Positions 39,421-64,000 of a stretch of DNA of 64,000 bases are shown one piece after another. The notes under the pieces were generated by a model, which saw nothing but the letters and a program-made list of their open reading frames with translations, made no database searches and was not told where the DNA came from. Position numbers and translations under genes: made by a program. Source of the stretch: Octopus bimaculoides (taxonomy: Eukaryota); the NCBI RefSeq assembly GCF_001194135.2, contig NC_068997.1, forward strand, positions 10,247,811 to 10,311,810, read 5' to 3'. Positions within the stretch are counted from its first letter, which is position 1; the number at the start of each line of letters is the position of its first letter.

Positions 39421-41061
39421 TAACAAATATTCACCAGACAAGAATTATATTTGCTGAATATAAGTTCGAATATTTTTTAGTTCAAGCCTTCGTACAAATT
39501 AATCATGTTACAAAAGTTTGTGAAAATGTTATCGGAAGCAGACATTCTCGACAAAAAAAAAAAAAAAAGGGATTTAAGGAATTATCGTTTAACCCCATGA
39601 AACAAGGGGTGCTAAATAGCAATCCTTAAGAGGCCCTTGCGATTACTAATAGTATTTACATATATTTTATTTTAGGTTTTACTTGGTATTCGTTTTAGGT
39701 ACTTGCAGGTACTTAACAAATGCACTTGACAATTAAGATGGAGTGAGCAGCTGTCTTACACGTGTTGAGTGAAAACTATTTTAACGTAATGAATCATGCT
39801 TGCAAAAGTGCATGAAAGTTGACCCGATACTTCGGATTAACTTGCTAAAGCATGCACAACTGTTTCAATGAAGCTGCAAAAACAGAGCAAAAACAAACAA
39901 GCAAAAAAACAATACAATACAATAAAATAAGAGAAAATTAAAAATAAAATTACTCCAAAGAATCAAAAAGTAAAGACAAAAAACGACATAATACAAAAGA
40001 AAGAAAAAGTAAGCTTACGAAGTTTTAAAGTACATTTGCATTTTTTCAAATATTTCGTATATANNNNNNNNNNNNNNNNNNNNNNNNNNNNNNNNNNNNN
40101 NNNNNNNNNNNNNNNNNNNNNNNNNNNNNNNNNNNNNNNNNNNNNNNNNNNNNNNNNNNNNNNNNNNNNNNNNNNNNNNNNNNNNNNNNNNNNNNNNNNN
40201 NNNNNNNNNNNNNNNNNNNNNNNNNNNNNNNNNNNNNNNNNNNNNNNNNNNNNNNNNNNNNNNNNNNNNNNNNNNNNNNNNNNNNNNNNNNNNNNNNNNN
40301 NNNNNNNNNNNNNNNNNNNNNNNNNNNNNNNNNNNNNNNNNNNNNNNNNNNNNNNNNNNNNNNNNNNNNNNNNNNNNNNNNNNNNNNNNNNNNNNNNNNN
40401 NNNNNNNNNNNNNNNNNNNNNNNNNNNNNNNNNNNNNNNNNNNNNNNNNNNNNNNNNNNNNNNNNNNNNNNNNNNNNNNNNNNNNNNNNNNNNNNNNNNN
40501 NNNNNNNNNNNNNNNNNNNNNNNNNNNNNNNNNNNNNNNNNNNNNNNNNNNNNNNNNNNNNNNNNNNNNNNNNNNNNNNNNNNNNNNNNNNNNNNNNNNN
40601 NNNNNNNNNNNNNNNNNNNNNNNNNNNNNNNNNNNNNNNNNNNNNNNNNNNNNNNNNNNNNNNNNNNNNNNNNNNNNNNNNNNNNNNNNNNNNNNNNNNN
40701 NNNNNNNNNNNNNNNNNNNNNNNNNNNNNNNNNNNNNNNNNNNNNNNNNNNNNNNNNNNNNNNNNNNNNNNNNNNNNNNNNNNNNNNNNNNNNNNNNNNN
40801 NNNNNNNNNNNACCACCACCACCACCACCACCACCACCACCACCATCACCGCCACAATCATCATCATCATCATCACATAAAATGGCGCTAAAACTTAATT
40901 GCATTAGTTACAGATATATACTTGCACACGCACACACGCACTCACACAGATATGCACACACATGTACACACGCATGTACACACACACACTTTTACATAAA
41001 TGAACACACGTTTCCGTTAAAAGAAAAGAAAAACGGAGTACTCAATTTAAGTTATAGAGTA

Positions 41062-41260
41062 AGGCGGTGATTTTTGATAGAATCGTTAGCACGCCGAACA
41101 AAATGCTTAGCGGCATTTCGTATGTCTGCGTTCAAATTCCGCCGAGGTCACTTTTACCCCTCATCCTTTCGAGGTCTATAAAACAAGTACCAGTTGAGCA
41201 CTGGGGTAGATGTAATCGACTTAACCCCACGTCGGATTGCTGGTATTATGCTAAAATCTG
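41062..41260 (+). mobile_element. SINE-A copy
   Basis: agaatcgttagcacgccg head and core. Confidence 0.75.
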
Positions 41261-41504
41261 GAATCGATATGAGTTGTAGAGTATATTCAGGTACACGTGC
41301 TAGTATGTATATAGACTGGCATAAACGTATATACACATTTGAATGATTACTAAATATATGTTTAAGAGTATATCTATGTATATATAGATGGCGCTCTATT
41401 CCATCGTTACAAAGAGTATCTTGTCCGCTGTGACCACAATTTCTGTCCTGTCACTTGAAGAACAATAAAAAGGCCTAGAATTTTAGGAAAGGAATAGTCG
41501 ATTA

Positions 41505-41791
41505 TTGTTGTTGGCACTCCGTCGCTTACGACGTCGAGGGTTCCAGTTGATCCGATCAACGGAACAGCCTGCTCGTGAAATTAACGTGCAAGTGGCTGAG
41601 CACTCCACAGACACGTGTATCCTTAACGTAGTTCTCGGGGATATTCAGCGCGACACAGTGTGACAAGGCTGGCCCTTTGAATTTCAGGCACAACAGAAAC
41701 AGGAAGTAAGAGTGAGAGAAAGTTGTTATGAAAGAGTACAGCAGGGTTCGCCACCATCCCCTGCCGGAGCCTCGTGGAACTTTAGGTGTTT
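41505..41791 (-). mobile_element. SINE-C copy, inverted relative to 39100-39420 and cut by a gap
   Basis: Roughly 90-95% identical by eye to the 39.1-kb copy. Confidence 0.85.
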
Positions 41792-43809
41792 NNNNNNNNN
41801 NNNNNNNNNNNNNNNNNNNNNNNNNNNNNNNNNNNNNNNNNNNNNNNNNNNNNNNNNNNNNNNNNNNNNNNNNNNNNNNNNNNNNNNNNNNNNNNNNNNN
41901 NNNNNNNNNNNNNNNNNNNNNNNNNNNNNNNNNNNNNNNNNNNNNNNNNNNNNNNNNNNNNNNNNNNNNNNNNNNNNNNNNNNNNNNNNNNNNNNNNNNN
42001 NNNNNNNNNNNNNNNNNNNNNNNNNNNNNNNNNNNNNNNNNNNNNNNNNNNNNNNNNNNNNNNNNNNNNNNNNNNNNNNNNNNNNNNNNNNNNNNNNNNN
42101 NNNNNNNNNNNNNNNNNNNNNNNNNNNNNNNNNNNNNNNNNNNNNNNNNNNNNNNNNNNNNNNNNNNNNNNNNNNNNNNNNNNNNNNNNNNNNNNNNNNN
42201 NNNNNNNNNNNNNNNNNNNNNNNNNNNNNNNNNNNNNNNNNNNNNNNNNNNNNNNNNNNNNNNNNNNNNNNNNNNNNNNNNNNNNNNNNNNNNNATATAC
42301 TGCCGAGCATTTAATCCGGAGCGCTAGCTGTTCTACGAGCTCGACAGTTTAAATAATATTAATGGTTGAGAAATTTGTTGGAGAAATTGGGATTGACATA
42401 AGGGTAGAACATGCTCAAAACTGTTTTATTGAGGATTTTGAGAGTGGTACTTGGATGTTAAGTATTGTGGAAAGAGATCTTGTGAGACCCTTGAAAACAA
42501 GTTGTCCGCTCTTACAAAATTAAAAGTAATAAGTGAAATGGAGAACTCTGAGAAGTGGGGCTTCTGATCTTAACTGGTTCGAAGTGTTATCATGTACATG
42601 TTTTGTCTTGGTGTAAAAGATGGGCTACAACAAATATTCTGCTCAATACCATCGATTTGCATGTCAGTTCTGTAAAATAAAATTATTCTGTAAAATAATA
42701 TTTAATTAGTTTAAATGTACACAAATGCATAAAAATAATTTTTAATTACATTAGACATTCTAAAATGCTATTAAATTTCATTCAATTTTAGAAAAAAGGT
42801 AAAACCGGACAGAACTTATGGGATGACCTGGTTCTTCTCTCTAGCAGATATTTTCCCTTCGATCCATCTAGAGTCATTTCCCTTGTCTTAAGTATCAATC
42901 ACGTTTTAAAGTTTCTGTTATACGGGGCAATGCGAGATCAAAACGTGATTTGAGCTGTTTCTGCTAACGTTCATGTATTTTCTTTTGAATTTGATTCTGA
43001 CATCACCGTCTGACAACCTATGTGAATTTTCCGCGATACGAAACTGCAGTCAACCAATTTGAATACACTCTCTATTCTTTCTTTACTCCGTGAATACAAT
43101 TACTGTACACACACACAAACTCTCTCTCTCTCACACACTCTCACATACACACACTCAAACACACACATTTATATATAAAGATACATATGCATGTACACAC
43201 ATATAACATACACACACTCACACAGAAGGAGATAGAGGTGGAAGGAGAAGGAAAGAGATAGACAGGTAGGCAGGCAGGCAGGTAGGTAAGTAGGTAGGTC
43301 GGTAGGTAGGAATGTAGGGTGTGAGGAAGGAAGAAAATTGCGAAGGGGAGGAACAAATACTGCAAGGCATCCGGCCCAGCATTCTTACAGTTCAGCTTAT
43401 CCATTGTCTTGGATTAGTATTTTATATATAGTATCCCCGAAAAGATGAAAGGCAAAGTCGACCTCGGTAGGAATTTGAACTCCAAACGTAAAGAACTGGA
43501 ACAAATACCGCCGCCTAGTGACAGGTATTTCGTTAAATGTAAAAATATCAGAAAAAAAAAAAACATAATTTGCAGCAAGAGAAACCAATTTCCTTTTTTA
43601 AAATACAATTTTGTTGAAGAGGTCAGTTTTCTAATTTATTTTTACGAATTGTTGATTTCCAGTTCACATTCTAATTAAAATTTTCTTCTAATTGAAATGT
43701 CATTTTAATTTAATCAAATTTTTCCATTCTGCTAATGCAAATTAAATAGATTTTTGTCTCCAGATTTCAGTTACTGAAAACTACGCTAACCGCTTAAGAG
43801 CAATTGTCT

Positions 43810-44330
43810 CCCTTTAGGAGCCACTCTTCTCGATGAATAATCTTTCACAATATGAGGGGGAAAAGATACAAAAAGTACAAATGATATGCGGCCCATATGA
43901 CATCAGAACAGTATTCAAGAGTAATACAACACTTCGCAAATATCTCCTTCGAATAAAACCACCAATAGAAGAGAATATGACCAAAGACTGCGTGTACTCC
44001 ATCCCAAACAGCTTTGGTAGATTGTACAAAGGAAGGCGAAACATGCCGCCCCATCAAAATAAGGGTAGACGAACATCGCAAAGCTGTGACACGATGAGAT
44101 ATTGATAAATCGGGTATAGCTGATCATGTATGGAAAAATGGAGACAACCTCCACCTGTGGGATGAAGTTAAAATAATAGACAGAGAACACCACTGGAAAA
44201 TATGAAAACTAAAAGAAGCAGCACATGTGCTAGGACACAACAACATCCTAAGCAGACCAAGTGCGGATATGAGCAGCATATGGGAACCGGTATTAAGGAA
44301 GGATAGGAAAATATTAGATTTATAAGCCCT
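43810..44330 (+). mobile_element. Penelope-like element, GIY-YIG endonuclease remnant (frameshift and stop)
   Basis: YDIRTVFKS..TLRKYL..CVYSIP..GRLYKG; SGIADHVW..LWDEVKIIDRE.HWK*KLKEAAH. Confidence 0.85.
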
Positions 44331-44354
44331 AAAATTCGCTCCTTAATTGCCCAC

Positions 44355-44570
44355 GGGCATATGGCGTAGTGGTTAAGAGCGCGGGTTACTAACCTCAAGA
44401 TTCCGAGTTCGATTCCAATAATAATAACAGTAATAACATCGAAAAATACCTTAGGAATGAGAGCCAGGTTCGAAATTTCCCCAAGACACCTGGAAGGTAT
44501 ATCAGCCGAAACGTTGTGTTAACAACAAACAAGATGAGGACAAATATCCTTCGAATGTAAATAATGTAAA
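44355..44570 (+). mobile_element. tRNA-derived Pol III head followed by a deleted minimal hammerhead (PLE terminal region)
   Basis: Box A TGGCGTAGTGG, box B GTTCGATTCC; acac-CTG..cagcc-GAAAC-GTT-gtgt at 44486-44519. Confidence 0.6.
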
Positions 44571-44584
44571 TATTGTAAAGATTT

Positions 44585-44675
44585 CAGCCTTGAAGATGAA
44601 GATGAAGATCGAACAGGACGTCCTGTTGAGTTTGATGATAAGCTCCTTGAGGCATTACTTGAAGAAATCGTTTTG
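44585..44675 (+). mobile_element. Mariner transposase fragment
   Basis: SLEDEDEDRTGRPVEFDDKLLEALLEE. Confidence 0.65.
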
Positions 44676-45825
44676 CACGCAATCATCTAGTACTCGAATA
44701 TTTCTGACTTGTGAAGTTATGTCAAACAACTGCTATCGCGTATTGGACAAATTTTATCAGATATAGGATGAATTGAACGCGGCGCTTCAGGTAACTCTTA
44801 TGCCTATCAGTCAGTCAATCTGTTCCGAGTTTGTTTAAACATTGGGCGTTAGTTCTCCAGCGTTGATGTATTTCTTCTCGTGTTACACCAATATCTGATA
44901 ACAGTCTCTCTGGCTTTGCTGAACGCTATGTCGCTATATGATGTTTAGAGTTTCCTGTCTTCTCTTTTGTCTTGTGGCCAATTGCATAAACAGATTTACG
45001 ACTATTTCATGTTTTGTCAAATATTTCAGAACTAAAATAATTTACCTTTGCCACCCTCACTAATATATGTCACAGTCCCAGTCTAAAGGTTAGAATCACT
45101 GTCTTATGTATAGTCACTCATAGATATAGCTTTATACTTTTGCGTCATAAACTAGCTAACTGTGCATCGCCTTACGTACCCGTCTCTTCATTTCGTCACC
45201 CTTATTACAATCACTCACCCATCCTAAGCACACTTTCTAATTGAGCCAGTGAGGGAATCTCATCATGGTCATTCGATATGCTGGAAATACCAATCAATTC
45301 TCCCTCAATAGTACACTATTCTGTTTTAAAATAAGACAGGATACATGAGCTAATGTGCTTCTAGCTACATCAACAAAAATGGTTTGGTCATCGCAGGAAT
45401 GCGTTTGAAGATTGCTGTACTTGATCGGGGGGGGGGGGATCAGATGTAGAGAGTAATAGCTACAATAAACAAGAATCAGCTTGAGAACCCGAATGTGGTC
45501 GCTTGAATTACTAGAAATGACTGTTAAACACCTCCCTCAAATAACACCCTGAAATGGAATGATGGTAGATACTTTCTATCTCAAAAACAAGAGCAAAATC
45601 GATGAGAATGTCATACTTGGAATGCTTTTCCTGATATCTCTATTTTATCAGAGCTGACCTGAAGCTATATAGTAATAGAAACCATAGTTAAAACATCGAG
45701 GGGCCATTTATGTAGTCGCTTAGTCAGACAGAAATACCAGATTGAGCAGATTCCCTCAAATCACATCCTAACGTCTTAAACAAAGACGAAATAACCTAAT
45801 AGATCATATAGTCCTCTTGTGAAGG

Positions 45826-46145
45826 CTTGTAGCTTAGTGGTTAGATCATTCAACTCATGATCGTAGGGTCGTGAGTTCGATTCTCGGCAGCACGTTGTGT
45901 CCTTGAACAAGACACTTTATTTCACAATGCTTCAATCAATTCAGCTGGCAAAAATGAGTAGTACCTGTATTTCAAAGGGCCAGCTTTGTCACATTCTGTG
46001 TGACGTTGAATCTCCCTGAGAACTTCATTAAGGGTACGAGAGGCTGTGGAGTACTCAGCTACTTGCAGGCTAATTTCACGAGCAGGGTGTTCTGTCGATC
46101 GGATCAACCTGAACCCTCGTCGTCGTTAAGCGACGGAATGCCAAT
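45826..46145 (+). mobile_element. SINE with a different head (gttgtgtccttgaacaagacac) joined to the family-C 3' half
   Basis: A/B boxes tagcttagtgg / gagttcgattc; related copies at 58947-59250 and 60101-60345 (-). Confidence 0.8.
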
Positions 46146-46288
46146 TATATAGTCCTAGATCCTAACAAACATACTGGACGGTCACGACTGGAACACTTTT
46201 CATCATTGGCTTACTCTTTTCTGTCAAGCCTGGCCTTGACAGCTGAAGAACAACAAAAACAAAGAACAAAATTGCATCCATATTAAAT

Positions 46289-46826
46289 CATCATCATCGT
46301 TTAACGTCCGCTTTCCATGCTAGCATGGGTTGGACGATTTGACTGAGGACTGGTGAAACCGGATGGCAACGCCAGGCTCCAATCTAATTTGGCAGAGTTT
46401 CTACAGCTGGATGCCCTCCCTAACGCCAACCACTCAGAGAGTGTAGTGGGTGCTTTTACGTGTCACCCGCACGAAAACGGCCACGCTCAAAATGGTGCAT
46501 CTCATGTGCCACCCGCACAAGAGCCAGTCCAGGGGCACTGGCAACGATCTTACTTGGCTTGCCGGGTCTTCTCACGCACAGCACATTTCCAAAGGTCTCG
46601 GTCAGTAGTCATCGCCTCGGTGAGGCCCAATGTACGAAGGTCTTGCCTCACCACCTCAGCCCAGGTCTTCCTGGGCCTACCTCTTCCACGGGTTCCCTCA
46701 ACTGTTAGGGTGTGGCACTTTTTCACGCAGCTATCCTCATCCATTCTCACCACATGTCCATACCAGCGCAATCGTCTCTCTTGCACACCACAACTGATGC
46801 TTCTAATGTTCAGCTTTTCTCTCAAG
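46289..46826 (-). mobile_element. 5'-truncated RTE-clade LINE 3' end
   Basis: RRLRWYGHVVRMDE..VEGTRGRGRPRKTW..DRDLW; 3'UTR palindrome ccatgctagcatgg; (GAT)n tail. Confidence 0.9.
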
Positions 46827-47560
46827 ATACTTAAATATAATTATTAATTCTTTTCTACTTAGCGTTACCCATACTCTATTTGCAGACATTAGAATACAAA
46901 TGCTAGAGTTAAATATAATTTAGACTTAATTATCAACTAATTAGTAGTCTCAGAGGTTCTTTAGAGAAGAAGAAACAGCTTTTCCTTCACAGAGCTTATT
47001 CCTTCTGAACTCACTTACTGTCGGCTTGCAGACAACAATATGAAAAACATTTACATCGAGATAAACACCAACATTAAGATTTGAGTAGCCAAAGTGTGTC
47101 TGCAAAGAACATTGGTATTGTAGCGAGAAAAGTGATGTATTTTTCTAAGGCAGAAAAATAAAGCGAGAAGAGATATCATATAAATATTAAACGTCAACCC
47201 CGCTACCCCCCAAAAACAAAACAAAAAACAAACAAGGTGTGTATATGTGTATAAAATTTGTTTTATTCTGAAACAATAGGGAAAAAATCATAATTTAGGA
47301 CTTTTTATATAATTGTACGAAACTTTAAAAAAAATTTATTTAAATTCTTCAAGAAATGGAAATTTATAATTCTTACGAAATATTTTCAAGTTATAATACA
47401 ATGAAAGCTCATGGAATAATGTCTCTATATTTACATACATACATATATACACACATATATATATATATATACATACATACGTATGCATGTATGTATGTTT
47501 TTGTGATTGTGTGTGTAGTGCTTATGTATTATAAATGTATATATAATGTTATGCATGAAT

Positions 47561-47623
<63 letters not shown>

Positions 47624-48749
47624 CATACGTATACATATACTTTTATAAACATTTAATGTAGGATTAAATACTATATAACATATATTTGAAGAAAACGTAT
47701 CAGTTCAACAGTATTTTGAATGGTTTAGAGAAAGCTCATTCGTCTTAAGTGATAGTTTAATGGTTGAAGAAAGAACTCACGTTGAAAGCAACTCAAGCGA
47801 AGAGATGTAACCGTTGAATTACTTGCTTCGATAATATTTTGATTAGCTAGCCATGAGTCCATCATAATGACAATATATGATAAATATAATTTGGTTTATA
47901 TAATATATACATTAGTATAGATTTAATAAATAATATATATATAATATATGCATAAATTTTTTCATATGAACGTATGTATATACACGTGAATTTATGTGTG
48001 TTGCGCCCAGATTAGGTTTGTATTAGAGAAGCGTGCATATATATATATATATATANNNNNNNNNNNNNNNNNNNNNNNNNNNNNNNNNNNNNNNNNNNNN
48101 NNNNNNNNNNNNNNNNNNNNNNNNNNNNNNNNNNNNNNNNNNNNNNNNNNNNNNNNNNNNNNNNNNNNNNNNNNNNNNNNNNNNNNNNNNNNNNNNNNNN
48201 NNNNNNNNNNNNNNNNNNNNNNNNNNNNNNNNNNNNNNNNNNNNNNNNNNNNNNNNNNNNNNNNNNNNNNNNNNNNNNNNNNNNNNNNNNNNNNNNNNNN
48301 NNNNNNNNNNNNNNNNNNNNNNNNNNNNNNNNNNNNNNNNNNNNNNNNNNNNNNNNNNNNNNNNNNNNNNNNNNNNNNNNNNNNNNNNNNNNNNNNNNNN
48401 NNNNNNNNNNNNNNNNNNNNNNNNNNNNNNNNNNNNNNNNNNNNNNNNNNNNNNNNNNNNNNNNNNNNNNNNNNNNNNNNNNNNNNNNNNNNNNNNNNNN
48501 NNNNNNNNNNNNNNNNNNNNNNNNNNNNNNNNNNNNNNNNNNNNNNNNNNNNNNNNNNNNNNNNNNNNNNNNNNNNNNNNNNNNNNNNNNNNNNNNNNNN
48601 NNNNNNNNNNNNNNNNNNNNNNNNNNNNNNNNNNNNNNNNNNNNNNNNNNNNNNNNNNNNNNNNNNNNNNNNNNNNNNNNNNNNNNNNNNNNNNNNNNNN
48701 NNNNNNNNNNNNNNNNNNNNNNNNNNNNNNNNNNNNNNNNNNNNNNNNN

Positions 48750-48811
<62 letters not shown>

Positions 48812-49787
48812 GCACCGTACATATCTGTATGAGCGCATGTATGTAAAATTACCAGTGTAAAGTAGATCAATTATTTTTGAGAATCAATGTATTACCGTGA
48901 CATTTATGAATTCTCTGAAGATCACTGAGTGACTCATACTTGAGGGCAGGGACGAGGATCCACCCAGATATCGTAAATCCATGCTGACTTCATTTGCAGA
49001 AACCTTAAGCTGTGGTCTTTCCCGCTTCAAATGACGTAACATTTTGTCACCTTTGTCTCTCGTTGTCTGTTTTGAAACCAGTTTTTAAATCATTTTTCAC
49101 GCAACTTCGTTTCTAAATCACAAATTTGTTTTCTTCATTTTAATTGGCTGCATTGGTCGTTCTATATTCACCACATTATACACTATCTTTTATTCCACCC
49201 CACATATTCCATCCATCCATCCATCCATTGTTCTTTCGTGCACACACACATACATGCACACACACATATATATGCATACATACATACATACATATATATC
49301 TATATCTATCTATCTATATATATNNNNNNNNNNNNNNNNNNNNNNNNNNNNNNNNNNNNNNNNNNNNNNNNNNNNNNNNNNNNNNNNNNNNNNNNNNNNN
49401 NNNNNNNNNNNNNNNNNNNNNNNNNNNNNNNNNNNNNNNNNNNNNNNNNNNNNNNNNNNNNNNNNNNNNNNNNNNNNNNNNNNNNNNNNNNNNNNNNNNN
49501 NNNNNNNATATATATATATGTATATATATATGTATATATATATGTATATATATATGTATATATATATAAGTATGTATGTATGTATGTATGTATGTATGTA
49601 TGTATGTATGTATGTATACACACACACACACACACATATACACACCTTTCTCACACTAATATCACAGATATGATGAAAGTTAAATTGATTAACGATCATT
49701 TTGTTTGAGGAAACAAAAAAAAATGAAAAACATAAAAGGAAACTAAAAGAAAGTTCCAAATAAATAGATAAAAAATATTCGTAGAAA

Positions 49788-63753
<13,966 letters not shown>

Positions 63754-63789
63754 CTTTCATAAATGGTGGTTTGTCAGATTGGATTTTAC

Positions 63790-63815
63790 CTGAAAGGAAA
63801 AAGAAAAGAAAAATT
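63790..63815 (-). promoter_or_regulatory. Splice acceptor 36 nt upstream of the CYP ATG; the 5'UTR exon probably lies beyond the window
   Basis: ttttcttttctttttcctttcag on the minus strand. Confidence 0.7.
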
Positions 63816-64000
63816 GAAAACTTAATTCCCTCTTTAATTAATGATAATAGCATTGGTAATGATATTGGTAATATCAGTGTTGGTAACAACAACAATAATA
63901 ATAATCCTTTCTACTATGGGCACAAGGCCTGAAATTTTTGGTGGGAGGCTAACGATTCTACCAGCTCACCGCCTTAATAATAATAATAATAATAATAATA

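Noticed and set aside
44355-44420. Functional tRNA gene
   Set aside because: Has A and B boxes but no 3' acceptor-stem strand or terminator; it is an element head.
47019-47099. Possible 81-nt minus-strand exon (ctttgcag|...|GTAAGT)
   Set aside because: Open in phase 0 (THFGYSNLNVGVYLDV...) but with no recognisable homology; such signals occur by chance in 64 kb.
49027-49092. Homeobox-like FKNWFQNRQRE on the minus strand
   Set aside because: In-frame stop 3 codons upstream, no acceptor and no helix 1-2; a chance match is most likely.

Overview
AT-rich, microsatellite- and SINE-dense animal DNA with 11 N-gaps. The repeat style suggests an octopus (coleoid cephalopod) scaffold; this is an inference. 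Two convergent protein-coding genes can be built by hand. (1) A single-coding-exon SK/KCNN-family Ca2+-activated K+ channel (15650-17050, +, 466 aa). It carries KCNN4(IK)-type pore residues and a remodelled calmodulin-binding domain. (2) A complete 9-exon mitochondrial-clan cytochrome P450 (63753->49788, -, 553 aa, all introns GT-AG with consistent phases). Its I-helix O2-activation motif is atypical (ASSVFTL instead of AGxDTT) and its G-H loop carries two Cys-Pro-His motifs. The rest is transposon-derived: at least three tRNA-headed SINE families, RTE-like LINE 3' ends (one with three intact C2H2 fingers), a CCHC-ORF1 LINE derivative, and a Penelope-like GIY-YIG fragment followed by a Pol III head and a decayed hammerhead ribozyme. 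There is also a full-length decayed mariner, several MITEs/foldbacks, and a locally templated chimeric insertion. No CRISPR array, rRNA or intact tRNA was found. All family assignments come from recalled motifs, not database searches, and repeat coordinates are approximate.
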